In this document: positions 55,132 to 64,000 of the stretch, piece after piece
How positions within the stretch are numbered: position 1 is the first letter of the stretch
Layout: every line of letters starts with the position of its first letter
Source of the DNA: Porphyridium purpureum
Lineage: Eukaryota
DNA length: 64,000 nucleotides
Assembly (NCBI GenBank): GCA_008690995.1
Contig: VRMN01000004.1
Location: 1,550,001-1,614,000, forward strand
Direction: 5' to 3'
Position numbers and translations under genes: made by a program
The notes under the pieces: model-generated
What the model was told of the DNA's origin: nothing
What the model saw: only the letters and a program-made list of their open reading frames with translations
Database searches by the model: none

Positions 55132-55749
55132 GCCTGCCTATTGCTTGCATGCGCGCGCGCCGCTCCTCACCACCCACCCGCCCTCGCGACTCTATCCTTT
55201 TCCCTCCCTCCCCTCTCGCCGCTTCTCTTTCCCCCATCCTTGACTTTTCTAGGGTTTCATTCCTCGACACTGTACCTCAGCATTCCGTCATTCCATCACT
55301 CCCCACGTTTCATACACGCAAGCGCCGTTTATATATGAACACGCACCTTTGCATTTCCTTTCAATGCGTCATGACACGCTGTACGTCCAAGTACAGTTAC
55401 GTGTTGAGCGTGTCATCAGATGAACCAAACCGAACCGATCCGATAAGGAACTGAGAAGGAACTGAACCGAGAAGGGATCGGAATTGGTGCGCGCCTAGCC
55501 TGAGCGCGAAGAACCGACACGACAAACAACAGACCCGCACTCGCGGGACAGAAGAACACCGGGAGCGCGCGCGTGCATGCACGTGTGATATTGTGATCCA
55601 GGGCGCCAAACCTGTGTCTGTCGTTGTCGTGGTTGTGCTGTGTAGTTGTTGAGGATGAAGAGGCAGAAAGTCTGTGTTTTATACAGCTGCTGTTCCAGCA
55701 CCTCCTGCACTGCTCTCCTTGTCGTCGCAAACGCATCTATCCTTCTCGC

Positions 55750-55777
55750 GTGCCGTGCCGTGCCGTGCCGTGCCGTG
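55750..55777. repeat. (GTGCC)n pentanucleotide microsatellite
   Basis: gtgccgtgccgtgccgtgccgtgccgtg. Confidence 0.85.
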
Positions 55778-56272
55778 CTTCGCCCTGTTCTGTTCCAACC
55801 TTTTCGTGTTCCACTCCGGTTTAGCAGTGAACAGGTAACTGTACACTATCACCAGGATTAGGGTTTGTGTGTTTGTGTTTTTGGCGCGCGTTTTTGTGAG
55901 TGTGATTGTGGTGGCGGCAGAAATCAGGAAGAACGCGCGCGAAAACTGTTCGCACGGGACGCGCGCTGGTGTGTATGTAAATCGGGGCGTTTGAGTATGA
56001 ACCACTGCGCCGAAACCCTAGACACGAGTGGCGTGATGGGCGTTGAAGGGGAGAAAGGGGGGAAGAGGGGGAGGGAGAGAAGGTGGGAGAGAGAGGAGGC
56101 GCAGATGGCGGACTCGGAGAGTGCGGCGCCTGGCGCTGGCGGTAGTGCTGGCGCCGCTAGTGCCGCTAGTGCCGCTGTGCCGCTGGTGCCGCTGGTGGCG
56201 CTGGTGGCGCTGGTGCCGCTGGTGGCGCTGGTGGCGCGGTGAAGCGGACGTACGCGGAGATGCGCGCGACGG

Positions 56273-57721
56273 ATGCGCGCGAGGTGCCGCGCGGGATCGC
56301 GACGCGCAGGAGCGGCATGGCGCGCGCGCGAGGTGGCGTCGGGGCGGGTGCGCGTGGCGTGCTGCGAGGATGCGGCGGCCTGCTGGGAGGAGGGCGAGCT
56401 GCTGGAAATGGAGTCCGCCGAGCTGCTCACCAACCCGCGCCGCAGGAGGGTCAACGCGCTGTTCCGCACAAATGGCGGCGATGATCCGCACCTGATGAGG
56501 AGAATACAGCGAAGACAGCTCTCGCACGCCGGCGCTTCGCACTTTAGCAAGTTTGCCCCGCGCGATAAGCTGCGCAACATGCAGCTCGCAAGCGAGCTGG
56601 ATACATTTGACGACGAGTGCGTCAAGCCGCGCGCGCCATTTGCCCAGCGCCGCTCGAAAGTGGTCGAGATCGTCTCTCATGGGTCGCTCATGCTTGCGCT
56701 GACGCTCACCGGCGTGTGCGCTGCCTTTGACGTCCGCTCGGGCAAACGGCTCTGTTTCTTAAACGTGTCGGACACAGAAATCATCCGCTCCTTGTTCTTG
56801 AACCGTGCTAATCAGAGCGTAGTGACGGTGTCGGTCTTCCAGGATGATAACTATAGCTCGCTCAAGTGTCGCAGTACGCCGCTAGAGTATATTCGCCGAC
56901 AGCGCCCGCAGGACGGCTTTGAGCTCTTCGAGTCTGAATGGCTCAAGTGGCCTGGCTTTGTAGAGTTCGACGATACAAACGGCAAGGTACTGACCTTTTC
57001 TGCCCGAGACCGCACGTTCAAGGTGTGGGATCTCACCAATTACAGCTTGCTGTATGAAATTCGCGATTCGCGGATCCAAGAAATCAAGATCTCGTTGGGC
57101 ATCATGCTGCTTGTCTTCACGCGCAGTCCGGGCTACGTACCTTTACAAATTGTAGACATTGAGACGGGCGAAGTGCTCAAAGATTTCCACCACCTGCTCA
57201 AGCGCTCGCGGAAAATCGACTTTATGGAGCAATTCAACGAGAAGCTTTTGGTGAAGCAGGAAAACGAAAACCTGCAAATTATTGACGTTCGCACAGGCGA
57301 TATTGTGGAGGTGGCGCGGAGCAAGTTCTTGACGCCTTCGGCGTTCATCTTTTTGTACCAAAGCCACATGTTTCTGACGTTTCGAAACGGGCAAGTCACA
57401 GTGTGGAATTTCAAAGGCGAGCTGGTCACAACGTTTGACGACCACCGTCTGTGGTATCAAGATACCAACACTAACAATATTTATATCACGGGCAACCAAG
57501 AGCTGATCATTAGCTACTGCAAGCAACAGGAGTGCTCGCACGGAAGCATCAACATCTCTTCGATTGCAAAGGGCAAGTGCTTTGCCAAAATCACATGCAG
57601 CCACGACGACAACCGCCACCGCCTTGCGCTGGAGGATGTCACGTCACTTTTCTACAACGAGGATCGTAACGAAATCTACACTGGAAACCGCAACGGGCTC
57701 GTGCACGTGTGGTCGAACTGA
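56273..57721 (+). CDS. Conserved plant/algal-type WD40-like protein; true 5' end may start at 56105
   Basis: RSKVVEIV, GVCAAF, IRSLF.N, LFESE.LKWPGFVEFDD.NGKVLT, FMEQFNEKLLVKQENENLQI, RNEIYTGN..G.VHVWSN. Confidence 0.85.
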   Translation: MRARCRAGSRRAGAAWRAREVASGRVRVACCEDAAACWEEGELLEMESAELLTNPRRRRVNALFRTNGGDDPHLMRRIQRRQLSHAGASHFSKFAPRDKLRNMQLASELDTFDDECVKPRAPFAQRRSKVVEIVSHGSLMLALTLTGVCAAFDVRSGKRLCFLNVSDTEIIRSLFLNRANQSVVTVSVFQDDNYSSLKCRSTPLEYIRRQRPQDGFELFESEWLKWPGFVEFDDTNGKVLTFSARDRTFKVWDLTNYSLLYEIRDSRIQEIKISLGIMLLVFTRSPGYVPLQIVDIETGEVLKDFHHLLKRSRKIDFMEQFNEKLLVKQENENLQIIDVRTGDIVEVARSKFLTPSAFIFLYQSHMFLTFRNGQVTVWNFKGELVTTFDDHRLWYQDTNTNNIYITGNQELIISYCKQQECSHGSINISSIAKGKCFAKITCSHDDNRHRLALEDVTSLFYNEDRNEIYTGNRNGLVHVWSN

Positions 57722-59153
57722 GCTAGGGTAAGCGAAACGAGAAGCTTGTAGATTTGTGGCATCGTGAAGTGAGCAAAAGCCAGTCCGTGCCAAACAAATC
57801 GTCCGTGCCGCACGCAAAATGAGCAGGTCGATGATTGTAAACGTTCGGGCTTCTGTGTTCGTCCGATGCGCTCACCGCCCTGGGCTCACTCCAAGCGTGC
57901 GCTGGTTTTACGGCAAGCGGAGATCAACACAAAGATAGGCCGATGCTGGTGTGTATAAAACATTAAGAGAAATGAAACAGCCCGGACTGCAATGTTGGAC
58001 CTTTGAACCCCCCGGAGAAGCAGAGCTTGGCCTGCCTGCCTAGGACGAATGCGCAAATCGTACTTTCAAGCGCTATTGTCGGGGAACGGAATGTGTAATT
58101 GGATTTGTCTCCAATGGCCTTATGTCGCCAAACTTGGCGTGCTGGGTTTGCTGAGCGACAAAGAGCTTGATGAGGATGAATAACCTTGGACTCTGCTGCT
58201 GCCTTTGTGCGCGTCATAGCCTGCGCGAAATTGACTGACAAAGTTCAGTTCGATTTCGAAGAGCCGCTTGGCGCTTATTGCTCTGTCCCAAGGTCGTAGC
58301 TTTGGTTGAGACCGGGAAACAGAAAACAGGGAAGATCAGAGCTGGGCGAAAGTCAGCAGGGATGCACTCAGCCCTCTCGTTAATTACAGCGCCGCAACTT
58401 TGCCACGTTTCTTCTGCATTTTTCTTCCCGCTTGGAGCGAAGACAACGTTGCTTCTTGTCTGTCCTCCTCTGCAATGCATATCTACCTGGCACGGTAAAT
58501 ATGAGTAGAAAGAAGCACTCTGAAGGCCATGCGCGGTTAAGTCGCCGAGCGTCGAGTCCGTGGTTGCTGGGGAAGCGTACGAATTGGTCGCATCGTACGT
58601 TGAGTTATGACATCAAAAAGACGGATAAGGTGAGCACGCGGAAATAATCCCTGACCCTACACCAGGTAAACGAGTGACAATCAGTACGGTCTCGGGGCAC
58701 GCCCGGAAAGGCGCGCGCGCATACCTGGTTTGGGCCTCGCCGGTCCAAGGAGATCGTCGAGATTTGGGCAGGATTTTTCCGGACAGCGCGGGGGAGCCAA
58801 AGGCACTCTGCATCAACTGAGCGGAGTGAGATGAAGAATCTCAGAGCAAATGGCTGTGCGCAAATGAGGCTCAAAACGGGCCGACCTTTCGAGGATCACT
58901 GTAGACGCCCGTGGTCAAGCCGCAATGCAGCCTTATGAATATCACCACATGTTGACTGCTATCGTGTCAGGTGGGTATGGTGGAATGGGCACCATATCAT
59001 CCTACAAGAGATGTTGAGCCTATTATGCATCGATGCCTCAATACTGTTCATACCTTGCTTAGAATAAACGCCATCCCACAAAAAATGTTTGCCATGTGCT
59101 CCACCATTTGTTCAGTGCAAGATGAAAGCGAAGCGAACGGCAGTTTCGTCGTC

Positions 59154-60809
59154 ATGAGCCACTGTTTTCTCCATTCAAGTGTGTTTGTTGGAGCCGGTGG
59201 CTTGCCCTCATCGCGCTCGTCTTCTCGGTATGCAGTGTGTATGAGCGGCGCCAGCGATCCGCCGCCTGGCAACAGCGTACCGGTGGTCGCGTCGCCACCG
59301 AGCCTGAAGCGTTGCAAAGCAGTGTTTGCCGGGATTGCAGCTGCCGCGATGGTGGTTCTGCTAGGTCAACAGGAACCGGCAGTGGCGTTTACCGCAGGCC
59401 CCCCTGTGGCAGCGAGTCAGATTGAGCTCGGACGCGCGCACACGACGCTGGAATTTGCACCGCTCGCTGAGCTGAAACTGCCGCAATACACCAGACTCGA
59501 GCTGCAAAATGGACTGCAGATCTACTTGATGGAGGACCACCAAGTGCCGCTGGTCAGCGGGTCGATCGTGTTTCACGCTGGTACGCGTGTCGAGCCGATG
59601 TCCAAGAAAGGCCTGGCGTCGATCTATGCGTCCGTTTTGCGACTCGGTGGTTCTGAATCGCTGCCAGGCAAGCAACTGGACGTGATGCTTGAGGATCGCG
59701 CGGCGTCGATCGAGGCCGGTGCTGACTCGTCATCCTTTGGCGTCTCGTTTGCATGCTTGCGCGAAGACTTGGAAGTGGTGCTGTCACTAATGGCTGATGT
59801 GCTGCAACATCCGGCGCTTCCTGAAGCAGAGATGGCTCGAGCACAGCAGCGCGCGTTGGGCGGGATTGCGCGACGGAACGACGACCCAAACGCAATTCTC
59901 AGCCGCGAAATGGCCAAAGTCGTGTACGGAGAGAATTCACCCTACGCTCTTACTGCCGAAAAGGCCACCATCCGAGCGCTGACGAGGGAAGATCTCATTG
60001 GGTATCACGCACGCTACATGGCACCGAACAACGCGCTCATGGGCATCGTGGGTGACTTTGACTCTAAAGCCCTCGCCAAGCAGCTGCGCGACTTGTACGA
60101 CGAGAAGCAGTGGCCTAGGAATGAACGCGCAACGGCACCGGAGGTGCCCAATGCTCTTGCATCGGCAGACTCACAGAAGGGTACCATCAGCCTTGCAGAA
60201 AAGCGCGAGGTTTCGCAAGCTTACGTTCGCATGGGCCACCTTGGTGGTAGACTGGATGACCCGGATTACTATGCGCTTGATGTGATGAACTCGATTCTGA
60301 ACGGACTGGGCGGGCGTCTGTTCAACGAAATCCGGTCCAAGGCCGGGCTTGCGTACTCGGTATCCGGCTCGTGGTACCCGGCGTTCGATCACGAGGGCGT
60401 GTTCTATGCCGGTGGCGAGACAGACGCCAAGAACACGGGCGCCTTCATTCGCAAAATGCTCGATGTGCTGAGCGCTTTAGACAAGGATCCGCCGACCGCT
60501 CAGGAGGTCGAGGACGCTAAGCGTTCCACGCTGAACTCGTTTGTGTTCAACTTTGAAAGCCCCGCCGACGTTTTGTCGCGAGTGATCAAGTACGCGTTCT
60601 ACAATTATCCTGAAGACTTTGCCGAGCAGTATCCAAAGCGCATTGCCAAGGTCACGCCGCAGGATGTCGCGAAGGTACTCAACCAGCGCGTCGAGCAAGA
60701 CCGGTTCAGTTTTGTCGTTGTGGGCGAGAAGGCCAAAATCCTACCTAGTCTGCAGAAGGAGCTTCCATCGTTGCCCATTCGCGAACGCGACGTGCGAATT
60801 AAGGAATAA
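59154..60809 (+). CDS. M16 (pitrilysin/insulinase) family protein lacking HxxEH, plastid- and probably lumen-targeted
   Basis: L.NGL.IYLMEDH.VPLV, GLAS..ASVLRLGG, Y.P.NA..GIVGDFD, RLF.EIRSKAGLAYSV, VTPQDV. Confidence 0.87.
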   Translation: MSHCFLHSSVFVGAGGLPSSRSSSRYAVCMSGASDPPPGNSVPVVASPPSLKRCKAVFAGIAAAAMVVLLGQQEPAVAFTAGPPVAASQIELGRAHTTLEFAPLAELKLPQYTRLELQNGLQIYLMEDHQVPLVSGSIVFHAGTRVEPMSKKGLASIYASVLRLGGSESLPGKQLDVMLEDRAASIEAGADSSSFGVSFACLREDLEVVLSLMADVLQHPALPEAEMARAQQRALGGIARRNDDPNAILSREMAKVVYGENSPYALTAEKATIRALTREDLIGYHARYMAPNNALMGIVGDFDSKALAKQLRDLYDEKQWPRNERATAPEVPNALASADSQKGTISLAEKREVSQAYVRMGHLGGRLDDPDYYALDVMNSILNGLGGRLFNEIRSKAGLAYSVSGSWYPAFDHEGVFYAGGETDAKNTGAFIRKMLDVLSALDKDPPTAQEVEDAKRSTLNSFVFNFESPADVLSRVIKYAFYNYPEDFAEQYPKRIAKVTPQDVAKVLNQRVEQDRFSFVVVGEKAKILPSLQKELPSLPIRERDVRIKE

Positions 60810-61015
60810 ATTCGGACACACCGACTTGATTCTTCTGCTTCTTCCTCTTCCCACTTGTGCTGGCTGACCGTTTCTCGTCTCGACAAGAATTGAGCGTGGT
60901 GACAGTGTGCGCACGTGTGTTGGGCCGAACGGAAAAGTCAATTGACGCAGCTTCGCCGGGCTGAGGAGTGGACTTTGCGCGCGCGCGCTTGACCGGTTGT
61001 CTTTTGAGCCAGGTA

Positions 61016-62998
61016 ATGGAGCATTCTCAAGTGCCCGCATTGCACGCGCAGGATCATGAAAGAGCGACGTGTGAAGATACGGAACACGAACGCGCGCAGA
61101 CACCGAATGGACATGACGAAATGGAGCCAGTGCGTCTTGCAGGCGATACGTTGGGAAACTCTCCGACACAGGTAACCGCCGGTGCGGCTGTGCACGTCAG
61201 TGGTGACGAGTGGACGGCTTTGGACTCTGATGCCGTGTCCTGTGAGGAGGACCTGGACGTGGCTGTCCGCACGTCGCAGGCTCAAGCGACGCCGCTCGCG
61301 AGTGGGTCCATTCTGCCTGCTGACGAGGATGACGGAGCTGAGAAAGGTGACAAAAGCGCGGATACTAATGAACGAGTTGAAGTGGCTCACGCCGTTGATC
61401 CTTCCCGAATCAAGGACGAGGGCGACTTGATCGCGCACCTCCAGGGGCTTGGACTCTCTCCATCAGAGGTGGATACCATAGTAGCCGAACAGCGCCAAAT
61501 TCGAGAGGACGAACTCATGGCAATGCGCCTAATTCACATCGACCCGATTGAGGAGACTCATCCTGGCGGCTTAGATGCAGAGACAATTTGCGTAGTGTGC
61601 TTTGAGAAGTCATCACATGCGGTCATCGAGCCGTGTATGCATCGCAATGTGTGCATCAGCTGCCTCAGCAACCTCACCAAGTGCGAATGCCCGACGTGCA
61701 GGATCAAGCTCTCTCACGTTCAGCTGGTTGACGCGGAGGGTACCCTGCTTGCTCGACGCACTGGAGAGTGGCTGCTGGGCTTACGGAAGCGCTGTGAATT
61801 TGAGGCCTGGAGTCGGACTTATCAGGTTGTATTTGTAGGCTCATCTGCGTCCGATAATGAGCGCAGTCGGGACGCGGCCGAGCCATACTCCCAACAACAG
61901 CAGCTATTATTGGCTACCGAGCTGGTAGAACGGGAGGCAGATGGATCTTTGCAACCTTCGGCGACACGCCGCGCCACAGGGACGGGCATAGGGGCATCGT
62001 CTAAGCCGGCCGCGGCATTATCAAGCCGCGACTTCTGGAGCATGTTTACTGACACCAAAAGTGAGTCATTGTTCCACGAAGAGCTTGAGCTGGCGTTCGC
62101 ACCAAACGCGCGGTTTAAAGGCGTCGGCCTGAAAGTGTCTGCCCTTTTGCGAACCTCTTTTGCCTCGCGGCGAATGATTCTGGAGGACTTGAAGTGCTTT
62201 CGGCCGGACGCGGTTGTGATCTGTGCGACCATCCCTTGCATGCCACCGGGCGTGAGTGAGCTCTCTGCAAGCGCGACCTGCGTCGAAACACAAAAGTGGA
62301 ATCGGCTGCTTCGCCAAAACTCGACGCTTCCTCGCATTTGGCTGCTTTGGTACCCAGAGGACGTGCTTTCTCTGGAAGACGAGCGCGAGCGACTGCGCGC
62401 GAGTGTTTTGAGCATGGTGTCACGTATTGAAGTAGTTCACCGGCCGCGGGCCGTCATTTTTGCACACACGGAAGAGAAAGGGGATGAGGAGCCATGGCAG
62501 CAGCAGTTGCTGCGTGCTTGCTACGTTGGCGCGCAGCTGGGTCGCGCGACACGAAGCAGTCTGCTGCCGGTCGGGGTGGCTTTTCCAACAGACCTGCCGG
62601 GTGCCGAGCGCGAGGCCAGTGGATTAGGCAACGGTGGCTCTTTTGTAGCGAACGCAAACGCTACAAGTCAGGCCATTCTAACCGGTGCAAGCGCGGGACT
62701 AACCTCGCTGTGGACAATGCTGTCGTCTTCAGTCTGGGATGATGCGGCTGCACAAGCGGAAGAAACCACGGTACCGAACCGGCTCGGATCCAGGGGCATT
62801 GCTACACGGGAGCCGCGTGAATCCTCTAGTCAGATTGAACGGCCTGTGGATGCAGAGGGGTCGCAGGACCTGGATTCTACTGATCAGCTGCCTCCGAGCA
62901 GGTCGTCGCCTCCCGCCGCAGACCCAGAGCCTCGCTCGGATCTCCTTGAATCGATGGAGTCAATGGCATCCAGTTTCGCGCAGTGGTGGCATGGCTAG
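61016..62998 (+). CDS. RING-HC (C3HC4) putative E3 ligase with a downstream degenerate small-GTPase-like region
   Basis: CVVC..PCMHRNVCISC..CPTCR. Confidence 0.8.
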   Translation: MEHSQVPALHAQDHERATCEDTEHERAQTPNGHDEMEPVRLAGDTLGNSPTQVTAGAAVHVSGDEWTALDSDAVSCEEDLDVAVRTSQAQATPLASGSILPADEDDGAEKGDKSADTNERVEVAHAVDPSRIKDEGDLIAHLQGLGLSPSEVDTIVAEQRQIREDELMAMRLIHIDPIEETHPGGLDAETICVVCFEKSSHAVIEPCMHRNVCISCLSNLTKCECPTCRIKLSHVQLVDAEGTLLARRTGEWLLGLRKRCEFEAWSRTYQVVFVGSSASDNERSRDAAEPYSQQQQLLLATELVEREADGSLQPSATRRATGTGIGASSKPAAALSSRDFWSMFTDTKSESLFHEELELAFAPNARFKGVGLKVSALLRTSFASRRMILEDLKCFRPDAVVICATIPCMPPGVSELSASATCVETQKWNRLLRQNSTLPRIWLLWYPEDVLSLEDERERLRASVLSMVSRIEVVHRPRAVIFAHTEEKGDEEPWQQQLLRACYVGAQLGRATRSSLLPVGVAFPTDLPGAEREASGLGNGGSFVANANATSQAILTGASAGLTSLWTMLSSSVWDDAAAQAEETTVPNRLGSRGIATREPRESSSQIERPVDAEGSQDLDSTDQLPPSRSSPPAADPEPRSDLLESMESMASSFAQWWHG

Positions 62999-63612
62999 AA
63001 TCCGAGCGACGAACGAAAAGAAAAAAAATTCAGTTGCAGAAGTATTGAAGCAGCATCTTGGGGCGTTGATGAAGCATCGCGGTTGTCGTGCGGATGTATG
63101 CCAATCGCTGCCGGAACCTTCCATTCCACCTGTCCATGCGCATAAATAAAATGATTGTGTGCCGTCTCATTCTTGCGTTCTTTCCGTGACACCACAAAAA
63201 CCTCGCTCAACGCACGGATACCACATTACGTTGCGCCGACCGGAAAAAGATCAGAACGAGATCTTCAACGCTGTCTCCGCACCATGCACCCACTACAAGG
63301 ATCTTTCATTTTGTTTATTTCTTGTCTCTCTGCCTGTGCTTCATTGTCCATGCGATAAAGCGAGTCGCCAGAAAAGGTTTAAAATGATTGCGGACATGGT
63401 GTAGTCCCCTGTCCTCGTGACATGTTCGCGCAATTCACAGTCACATCAGTACCGGAGACCAGCGCGGACTATTTCCATCGCCATCACCCACATCCACGAT
63501 GCAGCAGCTCATTCCCCTCCCCCCCGAACAGAGGCAAGCGTCACCGATGTGGCTAAACGGTTTCATAAACCGTTTACAAAAAAATGGTGTTCTGGAATAA
63601 AAAAAGATTTCA

Positions 63613-63714
63613 CGCTGTGGACAAGACTCGAACTTGCGCAGCTTTCGCTATGACGTGTAACGAGTTTCGTGGAACCGTTCGAGCGTCACCCCTTAACCGC
63701 TCGGGCACCACAGC
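63613..63714 (-). tRNA. tRNA-Ser(CGA) with a 21-nt intron at 37/38 (63657-63677)
   Basis: Acceptor GCTGTGG/CCACAGC, anticodon stem TGACG/CGTCA around CT-CGA-A, long variable arm TAGC-GAAA-GCTG, T-arm GCAAG-TTCGAGT-CTTGT, downstream T-run. Confidence 0.93.
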
Positions 63715-64000
63715 TTGATGGTAGCAGCGAGGGAGGAAATTTAACAACTATATAGCCTTGTTCTTTCTATTCACGGTTTGAAGACTTTGAAACCGAGGGA
63801 GTACAGTCATATTCGATAGTGTACACTTGAGCGAGATTTGTTTTTCAGGTTTGGACATGCGGCGAGGAGAGAGGTGATCATGAGAGACGCAGAGAGGGAA
63901 GGAGGGAGGGAGGATTGGAGAAGGTCTTGGTGTCGTTTGCCTCTGCAAGATGAAGGTTGTGGTGCCGAATATGCTGGACTTCCTGCAGTCGCCAATATAC

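Overview
Eukaryotic nuclear DNA, GC-rich, gene-dense and almost intron-free. Plastid transit peptides starting MAF/MGFV, thylakoid-lumen signals and purine-rich 5' leaders suggest a unicellular red alga, Porphyridium-like; the organism is an inference. About 24 protein genes are recognisable: a mitochondrial carrier, D-lactate dehydrogenase, a secreted Hint/Hog protein, a DHH-CBS phosphoesterase, RPL35a, PPX1/prune, ChaN, Pumilio, proline iminopeptidase, RPS15a, RPL27, a giant VPS13-like protein, a conserved-repeat WD40 protein, MnSOD, FKBP, MYND, a QueD-type PTPS, SF3B3, NOT3, a plant-type WD40 protein, an M16 peptidase-like protein and a RING protein. There is also one intron-containing tRNA-Ser(CGA). 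Highlights not explained by the ORF track: (1) a decayed Fanzor1 (TnpB-derived RNA-guided nuclease) at about 5350-7070 (+), followed by a hairpin-rich candidate omega-RNA/end region; (2) a WD40 gene with near-identical 126-bp repeats that vary at HET-E-like surface positions, fused to a coiled coil, hydrophobic helices and an EF-hand (candidate immune receptor-effector); (3) a shared inverted-repeat telo-box-like element in both ribosomal-protein intergenic regions, and a second recurring promoter motif; (4) a bacterial-signature QueD. All family assignments come from recognising motifs by eye; no database searches were run.
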